DNA from: Phoronis australis
Taxonomy: Eukaryota; Animalia; Phoronida
Reading direction: 5' to 3'
Length of the DNA: 64,000 nucleotides
NCBI GenBank assembly: GCA_002633005.1
Contig: NMRA01000069.1
Location: 1,036,990 to 1,100,989 of the forward strand
A model generated the notes under the pieces. The model saw only the letters and a list, made by a program, of their open reading frames with translations. It had not been told where the DNA came from and ran no database searches. Both the position numbers and the translations under genes were made by a program. Positions 41,615-54,600 of this stretch are shown here, one piece after another (the stretch's first letter is position 1; each line of letters begins with the position of its first letter).

Positions 41615-44600
41615 TTATAACTCGGCGTTTTTCTTCTCTCCATCTTTGCTGTGCCTCAAGTCTACATCCTCGCTGAAACAATCCTCAGTAGAGTCGTCGT
41701 AACTGCCCAAAACATCTGCTTGTGGCAGTTGGCGATCACAACTCGTCTCCAAAGCACCATGTCGCCCCTTAAGTACATGATCAGACTTAAAATTCACGGT
41801 TCTATAGTCAACACTATTCGCTTGTCCATCATCCACACCAGCAGTGCTGCCACCACTTGGTCTAATCTCGAGGTCATTAACTTTGGCCACTATCACATTT
41901 GTGGCTCCGCGTTTGGTTTGCTCTCCAACCGAGGCTGCAACACCTGGCGAAGAAAACTTGTCCATGTTTGACGATTTATCAGTTCCGAAGTGCAATGTAT
42001 GCAGTTTCTCTGTTGCCTGGCGTAGAGATTTGAATTCCTGCTGAATAACATCCGTTATGGCCTTCCTCATTTCCATCTGAAAGTAAGAAGGCCTCATTAC
42101 AAGTATGCTAAGGCACAAAAGAAGTTGCACAAGAAATAAATACGGTAAAACCTCACCAATTTCAGACAAAAATAATACTTAGCAGTTTTTCATTTTCTCA
42201 TTATTGTGAATGGTGTTAGCTATGGTAACAAACCTTGAACATGTACGGTAAATGCATTCCATTTTTGCAACATATCGTTTGTGGGATAAATAAAAAAGTA
42301 AAAATTCAATTGTCTATCACATTAGGTTTTAAATTATTGAGATTTTACTGTCACAGTGCAGCTTGAGCATATGGATGGGTTTGTGCCATCAAACATTACC
42401 AAAGTTGTTCATGGTCATGCAGAAAGGATAAAATTCCTTCCACAAAAACTCAAATACAACAGCCTCCTTTATTAAGCAACATGTGTTGTTAGAGGTGAAT
42501 TCTAACAATATCAACCCCTCTGCATAGGTATCCTAGGGAGCTCAATGTGGTTTTAGCGTGATGCATGCCCTTAATAAATGGAACATCTCTACACACCTCA
42601 GACTGGATGTCCCCCCTCCCCAGGAATTAGTCATTGGATGCACATGACCCGATGTCACAGCCATTCAAGTATCCCCCTAGTACTTACAGGACTTTTGTTG
42701 GCGCCCCTCATGTTTTGAAGCAGCTCGCTGAAGTCCATTGGGGTTCCAATGTTGACGGTGACTTTCTGAGGGAAAAGAAACAGATGGCTGAGTTCCACGC
42801 ATAATTCATTTATCAAATTATCAGCGAGCTGCAGCGTCAAGTAGAGCAATCGTACTATGTCAAAGATTTCAATGGTCCATTGAAATGGATCAACATGTTT
42901 GCATGGAAGAAAGTACTTTACACTTGTGCTGACCTTAAATCCACTAGCAAAATATTGTAATTATCAGCATACCTAATTTTTTAATTAATAAACATTAAAA
43001 CTTAATTCCAAGAAAGTTACGTATACAGGTAGAAAACACATCCGACTTGGCTACGAACATGTGTGTTCACAAAGTAAGTCGAAAAATAGTGTTTGATTTG
43101 CTGTTGATTGACAAAAAAGTAAGTTGGAAGTTTAATTAATTTTACAATATCTTACTCACTTTGAATATCCTGGGAATATAGGGTGATCTGTTTGGCAGAA
43201 TGTCATCGATTCCTACAATAAAGATAAAAAACTAGTAAGATTAAGAAATGCTTGCTGTGGCCTCAGGTGTTGTTAAACAACAATTGAGGCCAAACAAAGC
43301 ACAAGTTTATTCATTATCCAATGGTTTTCACTAAAGTCAAAATGTGAAATGCATCCCACTGGATATTTGACAAGGCTTAAAAAGTAAAACAGTATGGCAC
43401 TGAATAATACCACCACAATTTCTCCTGAATAATAACTGCACAAAAACAGTGACCAAATGATGAGTAATGACAAGTGTAATTTGGTAAACAAAATAAAATT
43501 GTTTTTGTGTTATTATTAAGAGGAAAGTTGATCAAAACTGTGGGCGCACACTCGTCCCTCAACTCTGTGGGGGACAATGTCATTAGCGCAGTTCTTAAAA
43601 GGATTACGAAGCCTTGTTCTAGAGACTTCACCCAAAACTGTGTCAGGTACCTTCTCTGCACAGTTAGTGTCTCATCTGACAGGTGTCAAAGCATTATTCG
43701 GCTAAAAGTTGACATAATGCTACAAAGGTGTCCATTGACACAGATCAAGTGATATTTACAGCACATTGTTTATTAAACACAAATGGCATTAGTAGGCTAA
43801 GGTTTAGCTAGAATCCTGGCAATACTGACGCCGAATTCTTTACATCAAAATTCGTTCACACAAAACTAGAATAGAAAATGCCGAAAATAAACTAGCTTTT
43901 AAGTATAGACCCTACGTTCAAAAGCATAAAACAAATGATCAAAAAGTCTTGTTATGTAGTCATATTGGTTGTCTTATAAGTAATTATTGTGACATCAATA
44001 ACTAAAATGCAAATGTCGTGACCAATCATGGACGATCATCTGTAGGCACTTCATGGTAACAAAGCTGATATGCCATCTGTATTGGGGTCAGACGATAAAA
44101 AGGTGAATCAGCAGTCTGATGAGCGTTCACATGGGACCTTTTCCTGACATCTGATCTGCTTCCAGACTGGTCAGCATGTGAACGCTGTATACCAGTGTTC
44201 CAGTTTTAGTACGTACCCATGTGCCACATTGGTAGTACGACAGGAGTGATCTTACTTTCAGCTATCAGGCGCCCTACGCCCCACTTCAGGCGCAGATACT
44301 CCTTCGTCATATTTACTTTGCCTGGAAAATGTAGGGCCACATTCAGCTCTATGGGTATTTAGACAGACATCATTCATTTAAAGAGCTCTACAATGCTTCC
44401 ATAAGGATTCTATTGCTCAGATCCCGACAGCATGTCCACATTTCAAGGTTTCTCTAACGACATTGTCTAGATGATTCTCTGGCTCCACTTAATTGACTCT
44501 ACTAATTCAGCTTGATCAAGTGACTAAGATACGTCACCGGTTCTCAATGAAAACGTCCAGCTCACAAACCAAACAGATGTCATTTGCATCTTGAAGCACA

Positions 44601-47600
44601 GGTAATAACTCTTTGCTTATGCTTGACTAATTTCCATTTATGCTGGGTACTCTCCTGGCCCCATTCATTCCGTTACTGGCAGGATAAAAGCAAGACACAC
44701 TAGATGGGACGTGATCTTAGAGTGTGAAGTATCAGCTTACCTCTTAGGTTTTTGCTGAATGTGAAACTCACTCCATTCACAGACAAGCAAGTTTTTAACA
44801 TCATGGTAATCTCACCTGGGACACCAATTTCGGACAAAATCAATTACCAAAATTGCATGTTTTACATTTTTCAAAAACTTCTAAAAAGGTTGTGGTTTCT
44901 CAAAACATTGACTGATGGAAACTCTGTTCAAGAATTTAGATGTGGTTTAGTGTAGAATTATTTTAAGGAAAACAAGTCTGTCCGTCATGTTGTGTCCTGA
45001 ACTGGTAAGCTTCTACCTTACCTCCAACATGGCCGCATTTTTGTGAGGCATTTTTGTCAACCATAGAACTCTTTTCAACACGAATCACAGTGCATTGCTA
45101 TAAGTACACATGCTCCATCAGCAACAGACATGCCCACTTCACTTACAGCAAAGTAACAGAGCTGCAAGCCACAGACTATATCAGCAGTTACTAAGCAAAA
45201 TGAGTTCCGACTTGCAGCTCATGCAGAGGGTGAACAAGAGCGCCACACTGTGGCATGAAAAAGAAATGACTGCATCTGAACAGAATGTTGTGGGTCAGGC
45301 ACAAAGACAAACCAAAAAAGATGGCGTCAACGCACATCAGCATTAAGTAGGGGACACTTGTATATTTAGAGGAAATGTTCTTGGCTGTCGTCTGTTACAT
45401 CACAATGATATATGGCAAATTTCAGATTTTTTCAGCAATTTAATCAATGAAGGGAGAATAACATGATCATATATTAAATACAATACAGGTTGTACAGTAT
45501 CACCACCATCAGACGATGCTTTTAGAAATAGTGGGCATTCACAGCAAACCTTTGAAGAATTGAAAAAACAATTTTGGTAGTTTAACTTATGTCCAAAATT
45601 GGTGAGATTTTACTGTTAGTACAAGAGCTGAGCACAAGGGTATTTATTGTTCAGTTAACTCGGGCCAATCAGAATGAGAGATTTTATCATCAAAGTGAGG
45701 CAAAATTCCACTTCTCTGAAGGGAAGCATCGATCATTGTTCGAGTCTCGGACAAAAGATTTCCAAATTGGTCTTCTTCACTTTTTAAAGGCTCCTAACAA
45801 CAATGCGGTGAATGGCTACAGTTTCACAATATATTGTGCAATCATGGTAGATATGATAAACAACATAAGACTGAAGAAGCTTTTATTTTGTGTTAATCTT
45901 TAAAAAATGAAAAAAGAAAACTTTTACTCGTCCACTATGTCGTGTATTGGCGAGATTTTACAGTGCATAAAGAACATAACAACTATCGACTACTACCTTC
46001 AGGAAAGATGTGAACCCAACCCCCTCTGTTGAGCTGTTCCAGAACAAAGTCCATGCTCCTCTGATACACCCCATTGCCCCTGACGACGGGCACGACCTGG
46101 CCATAGCTGAAGAACCAGTTTAAGTATTCGTTGGTGAACATGATGTCATGGCCTCCGAGCGCCCATCGCATACGGTCAACATTGGTTATGTGTCTCATTT
46201 TCAACAAACCTGGATATTAAAAAAACACACCAAATTACAGGCAGACCAAGGCTATGTTCTGTAGACCCAAGATGCTTGCGAATCACTTGCAGAAATGGAA
46301 TTCAGTAAATTCTATCCCATAATACAACAATTCATGGTCACCCACTGATAACTTCAGTGGCCGCCATTTTGCTAGCGTACGCTTCTAGTAAGGTGTCTAG
46401 CATACTCGGTTTGGATTTTAAATGCAAGGTTCAAACGTGAATGAAACCTACCCAGACATCTGTATAATGTATTTAATACTACTAAATCATGACGAAAATA
46501 TACTATAATGTTAGAACAGCTACGCCTGGAACAGAATGAGATAATGCACAGTTTGTCTCAACATCACAGTTTCCAAAAGTAGTAGCCATCACAGGAACAG
46601 AGCGACTCTTGATGGTAACCAGTGTTCACCAAAGAGAGGTTCATCAAGACAAGATTATAGTTACTAACAGTGACCAGTGGTCTGTGATATAATAGACTCA
46701 CCAAGCAAGAGAGGGTCGTCAATGCAAGAATCATTCTCACAGATATTGGCCAGTGGTCAATGAGAGAATATACTCACCGAACAAGAGAGGGTCATCAAGA
46801 CAAGAGTCATGGTTACTGACTGTGACCAGTGGTCTGGAGGGCTGACGGTGTTCAACAAGGTCATGCAGTACTTCTTTGTTGTATACTTTCACCTTGTTAG
46901 CAAACTCTGAAACACATCAAGCTCAACAATAATGAAGCAAAACAAGGAAACTTCTTAACAAGGGAGGGATGCTGTGAAACTACTGGACCCTACAAATGAC
47001 ATGAGAACAATCACCGTCGATTTGGATTTTGGATTTGTTTAAAGACAATATAATTACAGGAATAACATATTTCTGTCGGATATTTTTCAAACAAGTCTCA
47101 TTTTAACAATTTATAAATTTAAAATGATTTTTACATCACGCCTCTAAAGATCATTACAACTTCTACACAGTGTTGCCTTATCTAGAAATTCCTAGATTGT
47201 CCTCTGCGATGTAGGAATATTCCTACATCATGCAGATTCACGCATGATTCAGAATAATGACACAATAATGTGTGAAACCAATACATTGCTGCCAAATATG
47301 CCTGGGGTCTTCATCAAATTATTATATCATACTTATCACAGATATTCATCCATGAGGTATAATAATTTGATATTAACTTTTATGAATTAAATTCAAAGCA
47401 GCCATGAAGTGCAACAATTGATTTAGACCACTCGACACAAGTTGGTCTTAGCAAACAACTGATCGTTCGTTATCAGAAGTGATTTCTGGGTTTCGGCAAA
47501 AAACTGACAAGCAAAGTAAGCCATCGTCTCGAGCAATTGCTATTTGGTGAACTGCTAATTCTTTCAAAACCATGAAAATAACCTCCATATACTAATACCA

Positions 47601-48288
47601 CCACGACTTTTGTGGTTTTATCAGTGTGAGGCACAATTCGACGAAAAGCTTCCAGCATTGTGACCATTTGTGGTAAGAATTACGTCTTACATGAGACAAG
47701 TCAAATAACGTCTCACAACACCACTGTCTCTACTCAGAAACTTGAGAATAAAAAAGCTTCTGTCATGCTCTTGAGAACACAGAGAAAAGTTGCATAATTA
47801 TGAAAATGTTTCACACCTATCATAATTTTAGCACAGCCGCCAAAAAGACCGTAGATAATTCGACTTTTCCTGAACCATTTCGCCAATTTAGCTTCATCAA
47901 ACAACCATGAATGTGTCAATTTCGATCCCCGTTTCTTCACGCTATTGCACTTATCCATAAGCATTGTAACTGACGACTTATAAAACCAGAGCAGAACACA
48001 ATGTGTTTACATCCGATCAACGTAAACACGAGAGAACGACCGACGAAATCATGTAGTCCAATGAACCGGATATCAGACTTATCAGAACAACTGACCGGAA
48101 GACGAAAGGGACAATGGCTCATGTCGAAATAGCAGCCGATTGAAAATGGTAGCACCCCGGGTCTCACCTATCCATACTTTGCACGTAACACCCACTGCAG
48201 TGATTATTGCTTTGCTTGACCTTCTCCACCGAAGCGAAGCTGTGCCAGGGGCAGGCGCTCTCCATTTAACAGTGCTTGATTGCGCCAT
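41615..48288 (-). CDS. TAFAZZIN: Tafazzin (phospholipid transacylase), ~386 aa, 7 coding exons
   Basis: Exons 48288-48168, 46906-46778 ([18 protein letters not shown], HxxxxD motif), 46209-45997 ([26 protein letters not shown]), 44321-44217 ([23 protein letters not shown]), 43212-43160 ([13 protein letters not shown]), 42765-42688 (KVTVNIGTP) and 42076-41615 ([13 protein letters not shown] plus long tail). All are GT-AG and phase-consistent. Confidence 0.95.
46625..46835 (-). repeat. Three ~72-76-bp tandem units: the true 3' end of tafazzin exon 2 plus two degenerate intronic copies, each with a GT donor
   Basis: Plus-strand units: actcaccgaacaagagagggtcatcaagacaagagtc.., actcaccaagcaagagagggtcgtcaatgcaagaatc.. 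and ttcaccaaagagaggttcatcaagacaagatt.., each followed by ccagtggtc. Confidence 0.8.
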
Positions 48289-48684
48289 TAAATTACGATA
48301 ACACCGTTTCTACTCCGTCTGGCTCCAGTTTTTTTCAACCTGTGGTATCCTACATCGCCATATTTTTTGTTTGGTGTCACAGATATCAAAAGTGGGTCAA
48401 ACCAGATCAGCAACATATTAGGACCGTTTCTTGTTTTAACATTTTTATCCAAATCATACTGCAATGCCACTGTGGCAGAACGAACAATTCTTTGCCAGAA
48501 AAATACATAGACCAAAGACTCGGGCACAGTATTCGAAATTGGGTCATTGATTCTTCATCCTGACTGGATAATTCCTCTCACGTGACACCTATTTCCTGCC
48601 ATCTTTTGACTTTGTTATTTCTTGGAGTTCCCCACGAGGGGACTGCATCAGATAAAATAAAAATTCCAGGGATATTTATTCAAA
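48289..48684. promoter_or_regulatory. Bidirectional promoter TAFAZZIN<>YAF2/RYBP
   Basis: The divergent ATGs are 396 bp apart. There is an E-box TCACGTGA at 48578-85 and a YY1-like GCCATCTT at 48598-605. Confidence 0.65.
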
Positions 48685-51600
48685 ATGGAAGAGAGAAGAT
48701 CATCAGGAAGGTGAGACGCAATTCCTGGCTTGTTTTGAAATGTGTCGAATTTCCGAAAGTGTTGTAAACCACTTTCATAAGGCACGACTCTGACACTGCA
48801 AGTGACAGTTGCTTTGGCATTGCTTGAGATGCTGCTGTGTACAGTGGCGTATCCTGGCGGTCTTGGGTTAACTGGAATTCTTCTCTTTGCTTTGTGCAAT
48901 AAACTGGCCGTCTTTAAAAAAGACACCACGTGTTTGGTATAGCAACCACTGAATATCTTGGCTACTTTTTGGTGTTTTCTACTTCACTTCAAAAATGTAT
49001 TCAGCGTTTTAACTGTCTTGGTGCACAGGCGTCCTCAGCTTCTGATCGTCCCCAATACACTACATATAATACTACAAGGTATGACACTCCCGACTAGAAA
49101 TTCCACGGGTGCTTCACTTCAGCCATCCATATAGCAAACATACAACTCAATAAATTTACACAAAACGGGTTCAACAAACCATGAAGAATTGTTCTTTCTC
49201 CCAATACCATTCACGGTGTCCTGTTATGGCGACTTCGTAAGAAATTCGCAGTCAAAGAACAAAAATGTTCACAAAAAGCCCCCACACACGTCCCTGGGCC
49301 CGTCGAGGTCAAGGACGGTACCGAAATTGCCGGTGAGTTACGGAAGTAGCGACATCGTGACTTTACGCGACAAAGCGGCAATTTCTGTACCGTCCTTGAC
49401 CTCGACGGGCCCAGGGAGGACGTGTGTGGGGGCTTTTTGTGAACATTTTTGTTCTTTGACTGCGAATTTCTTACGAAGTCGCCGTAACAGGACACTGTGA
49501 ATGGTATTGGAGAAAGAACAATTCTTCATGGTTTGTTGAACCCCTGTTTTGTGTAAATTTATTGAGTTTTATGTTTGCTATGGATGGCTGAAGTGAAGCA
49601 CCCGTGGAATTTCTAGTCGGGAGTGTCATACCTTGTAGTATTATATGTAGTGTATTGGGGACGATCAGAAGCTGAGGACGCCTGTGTCTTGGTGTTGGTG
49701 ATAATTAGAAAACAACGAAGTTGCAGTATTGGCGCGTTGTGTCCAATCCACAGGCGTCCTCAGCTTCTGATTGGGGGCAATCAGAAGCTATACACTACAT
49801 ATAATACTATGTACGAGGTATAACACTCCGGTACTAGAAATTCCACGGATGCTTCGATTCAGCCGTCCATATCAAACACATAACTCAATAAATTGACACA
49901 AAACAGGGGTTCAACAAACCATGAGCAATTGTTCTTTCTTATAATACCATTCATGGTGTCCTGCTCCAGCGAGTTTGCAAGAAATTCGCAGTCTAAGCAC
50001 AAAAATGTTCCCAAAAAGCCCACAAATAGCTCGCACTTTGATGGTTGGAGGTCAAGGACGGTACGGAAATTAACGGTTTGTCACGTAAAGTCGTGATGTC
50101 GATAACTCTACACTTAGCCGTCCAGCTGTAACTCATTGGTAATTTCCATACCATCCTTGACCTCGAACTGGCAAAGTGCAAGGTATGTGTGGGCTTTTTG
50201 GGAACATTTTTGTGCTTTGATTGCGAATTTCTTGCGAACTCGCTGGAGCAGGAGGACACCGTGAATGGCGAATAGAAAGAACACTTGTACTGTACATGGT
50301 TTGTTGAACCACTGTTTTGTGTAAATTTATTGAGTTATGCATTTGATATAGGCGGCTGAATCGAAGCACTCGTGGAATTTCTAGATCCGAATGTCATACC
50401 TTGTAGTATTAAATGTAAGGGACGATCAGAAGCTGAGGACGCCTGTGGTCCAATCTTAGGTCATCAATTCAAGGTCGAGCCCTTCAAAAAGTTCCAGGTC
50501 TGAAAATGTCCGATGCTTATCTTATTTCAAGGCGGCATTCGATATTCTACTTTTAACGTACTAGTACCACAGAGAGCTGAAGCCATCGGCACTTCTGGAC
50601 AAAATTTTGCACATTTTGATCACAGCACCATAAGTATAAGTAGGTAAGCATAAAGTAAAACATTTATTCAACTTCGGTGTGGCTTTCACTTTTTTTGGAA
50701 AATTGCTGTTACTAGCTGCTTCCTGCAAAACTTTCGAGATCACCATTATTAGTCAAACAAAGCGGTCCTTTGAGAACCAGGAAATCACTGAATAACGGAC
50801 TGTTATTTAGTGGATGAAACCAGTTTTGCATGTCAGAGACTGCGATGCTCGACCAGTGCCTTCAAAATTTGAACTCCGGCCATTGCTAGCATTTTTATAA
50901 AAAAGCTTCGCACGAGCATCAGACATGCATCAGCTAGTGCATCTTAGTCCTCTCTGATATTCCCTCACGGTCATTAGCACCTGTGCTACTGTTCTGTTTC
51001 TTAATCTTTCACACAGATGTAAAATTAGCATTTTGTTTACTTACTCCAAGAAATCTCCAGTCACAGATTGAGAAACTCATTTCTTTGTACTCAATGTGGA
51101 TGCAGTTTGAACATCTGCTGTGGTACCAGTGTGAAATCCTTGGTTGACAGAGACAAGAAGTACCAATAAAGGGATTTATCCCAGGTTACTGAAGTGCAGC
51201 TGACTTTAAATCTGATCAGTACATGAAAACACAGACAAAAGTGCGTGTCAGTATTTTTCATTGTTTTTCTTTGGGTCTGGAAAAATAATCAAATTGCAAG
51301 AGGATTGAAAAACGGATTGTGTGGTTATACTTTTAAAACCTGGAATAGAAAATTTAAGTCATAGATAAAAGGTTCCGCTGTTCATTTCCTTCAGAACTGG
51401 GGAAAGTTTAGTGGGTCAATCATTCTCATTTTTACCAAATACGTGCCTTTGGGGTATTTTAAAAAAATTTCCTTCCACACAGTTGTTTTCTGTATATCTG
51501 GTTCTCATTTGCACAATTTCACTTGACTTTTGACATTTTCATTTAATGTAATCTTTGCTTATTGCTGGCAAAAATAATGGGCAAATAACCCTTATTGTGT

Positions 51601-54600
51601 TAGTTTTGTTTTTTTAAAGGCTTACCCTGTTGCGAATTATGAAAACAGCCAAATATTTTTTAATGTATTAGTCGAGCTTGGAATGTACTCAAATTCTGTA
51701 AATCTTTGTTTGCTAGGAAGTATGGTTCAATTAAAATTTCATTTATCTGTCGAATTGTGAAATAAATGTGTGATGACTTACCATATTGTTTGCAGGGCTC
51801 GTCGACCAATACATCGAAGCTTTGAAGAAGATGGCTGGGAGTGCAGCGTGTGTACGTACAAGAACCCACCAGAGGCCTTCAAGTGTGATATGTGCGAGTG
51901 TCGCAAGGGAACTGCGACGAGGTAACGTCACTTTCTGTCCATGTCTTGTGTTGAATGACATGTTGCACTGATCATTTCTTGCGTGTAATAAAATTCAGAT
52001 TTATGAGCATGTTCAACTTGATTTGAATATTAAATTTTCAAAATGATTCCTTTTGATAGCACTTCGTCCGTAATTGAGCTTGTGTATTGCTTTAGTGAAC
52101 AGTTCTTATCAACCAAATTCCAGGAACATGGAAACTTTTCCTTACATTTCTTTCAATCCATTTCAATTCAAGGCCATATTTTCATTTTCGATGGTCATTT
52201 ACTCTACTCAGGAGATTTGTACAGGACAGAATCCATGACTGCTTACACATTTTGTGTTAGAGTCTGTCCACTAGCATTGGTGTACAAGCTCAGTGCAGGA
52301 TTACTCAGTGTCGCAATTGGACTGACGAGTCTGGTCCGAGTATTCATGAGGTTGGTCATTGCATTGTTTCCGCTTAATGGAATTGTCTTTGTTTCTGTGC
52401 CTACTAGCCAAATATTATTTCAAATAGATTTGCTGAATAGACATTTTCAACTTCCAACCAGGACAATGAATGCTGCCACCAGATGGCACTGAAGGAAATG
52501 TATGTCACACTCTTCTTTTCCAACAGGAAGCCTAGGATCAACCAACAGATAGTCACCATACAACAGGTGGCGCAGCAGTTTGCTCCACCTGCGCCAAAGA
52601 AGGAGAGAAAAGAAACAAAACATAGACAACCAGGGAACAGCAGCAGTAGTACACGCAAGTCCAAGTATGTCAACATATAGGAGGTTTCTCTATTAAGCCC
52701 TGTTCGCACTAGGTGTTTTACCTTAAGGCATATTAATCTTGGAAGGAGTTGTTGACAGCTTTAGAGGAAGGAAGCATCAGTGGCTGTGTAATGAAAAGTA
52801 TAGAGTGACCCCTCTGAAGTACCAGGTTATTTGGCCAGATTTTGCTTTCGGTATCGGTCCAGATTTTAGCCAAGCTGTGTTAAACTCATCTTAATTTTCG
52901 CTTTCGTCGTGTTAGGATAATTTCAAGGGATCTTTGTTTACCTCCACGAAGTTCCTTATTGTTCTAAAACACTGTATACTTTTCAAAAGTAAATGTCTTG
53001 TAATCAATTTTATGCATGAAAAATGAGTGCAGAGTTATCACAATTCTATTTAGTGATACGTTTTATCTTCATTCATTAATTTTGAGAACTAGTTTTCTCC
53101 TCTGAATAACGAGCATCAAACTGGTTCTCAAAGTACATGCATAATTGCACATTATATATCCAACTGTTGCCCAATAAGTTAGGGTGAACCTATTTGCTTA
53201 CTATTGTTTGCACACCTCACACTCGCACTGAGATCAGATATCTAGACTTTTAGCTAAACAGTGAATCTGCGTGCTGATTCATCAACTCCTCAATAAACAT
53301 GCAATCACAAACTCACAACATCTTATGCAAAACTCGCTTTTAGTGCCTAATAACCTGTCTTGGAACGTACCTAGTTGAATCTATTTTGATGCCCCCACAT
53401 ATTTATATGTGGACGCATTATGCCGTCATCTCCGTCCGTCCGTCCGGGCGGTGTCCGGCGTCCGCTGCTTTATCTCCAAAACCCTTTGACATACGTTCAT
53501 GAAATTTAGCACATATGTTCCATTCATGAATGGGACGGCATGTGCGAACTTTCGGACGGATCCGACTACCGGTGTGCCCCCTAGTGGCAATTTTATTTTT
53601 TTACGCTTACCTTTGTACCTTCAAAAGTCCTGAACGGATTTTCATGAAATTTGGTATGTAGGCACCTATTAGTGAGATGACGCTATCCTGCCGTTTTCAG
53701 ATGGATTCGACATAGTTTGCGCCACCTTGTGGCCATTTTTAGTGTTTTCAAGTCTGTTTTTGTGCGTCCACCCCTCTATCAACCAAACCGCTCGAAGGAT
53801 GATTGTGAAAATTGGCATGTATATGCTTACTATGTAGAGGACGGTTGACGATGATTTTCCGACGATTTCGACTACTGTGGCGCCTCCTAGTGGCAGTTTT
53901 GTTTTTTTGCGCCTATGGCTGTATCTCCTAAACCGTTCGCAGGATCTTTACAAATTGTGTAAGTATATTTATATGATGTTAACAACGGAAGATGACGACT
54001 TTTGGACGGATCCGACTACCGGTGTGCCCCCTAGTGGCAATTTTAGTTTTTTACGCTTACCTTTGTATCTTCAAAAGTCCTGAACGGATTTTCATGAAAT
54101 TTGGTATGTAGGCACCTATTAGTGAGATGACGCTATCCTCCCGTTTTCAGATGGATTCGACATAGTTTGCGCCACCTAGTGGCCATTTTTAGTGTTTTCG
54201 AGTCTGTTTTTGTGCGTCCACCCCTCTATCAACCAAACCGCTCAAAGGATGATTGTGAAAATTGGCGTGTATGTGCTTACTATAAGGAAGACAGCTGACA
54301 ATGATTTTCAGACGATTTGGACTACTGTGGCGCCTCCTAGTGGCAGTTTTTTTTTTTTGCGCCCATGGCTGTATCTCCCAAACCGTTTGCAGGATCTTTA
54401 CTAAATTTAGCAAGTGTATTTATGTGATGTTGACAACGGACGATGACGACTTTAGGATGATTCTGACTACCGGTATGCCTCTAGTGGCAATTTTAGTATT
54501 TTACATTGACCTCTGTATTTTCATAGGTCTTCAGGTGTATACTTTGTGTTACTTCGTGACTATGAAGGAAAAGTTCCAAGTAGAAATTTGTTTCTGGCAT

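Noticed and set aside
44122-44186. 12-bp inverted repeat AGCGTTCACATG / CATGTGAACGCT near the tafazzin exon 4 donor
   Set aside because: Probably a MITE remnant; too short to classify or assign a splicing role.
49189-50369. Mirror-image ORFs on both strands
   Set aside because: They are a by-product of the palindromic MITE arms, with no transposase features.
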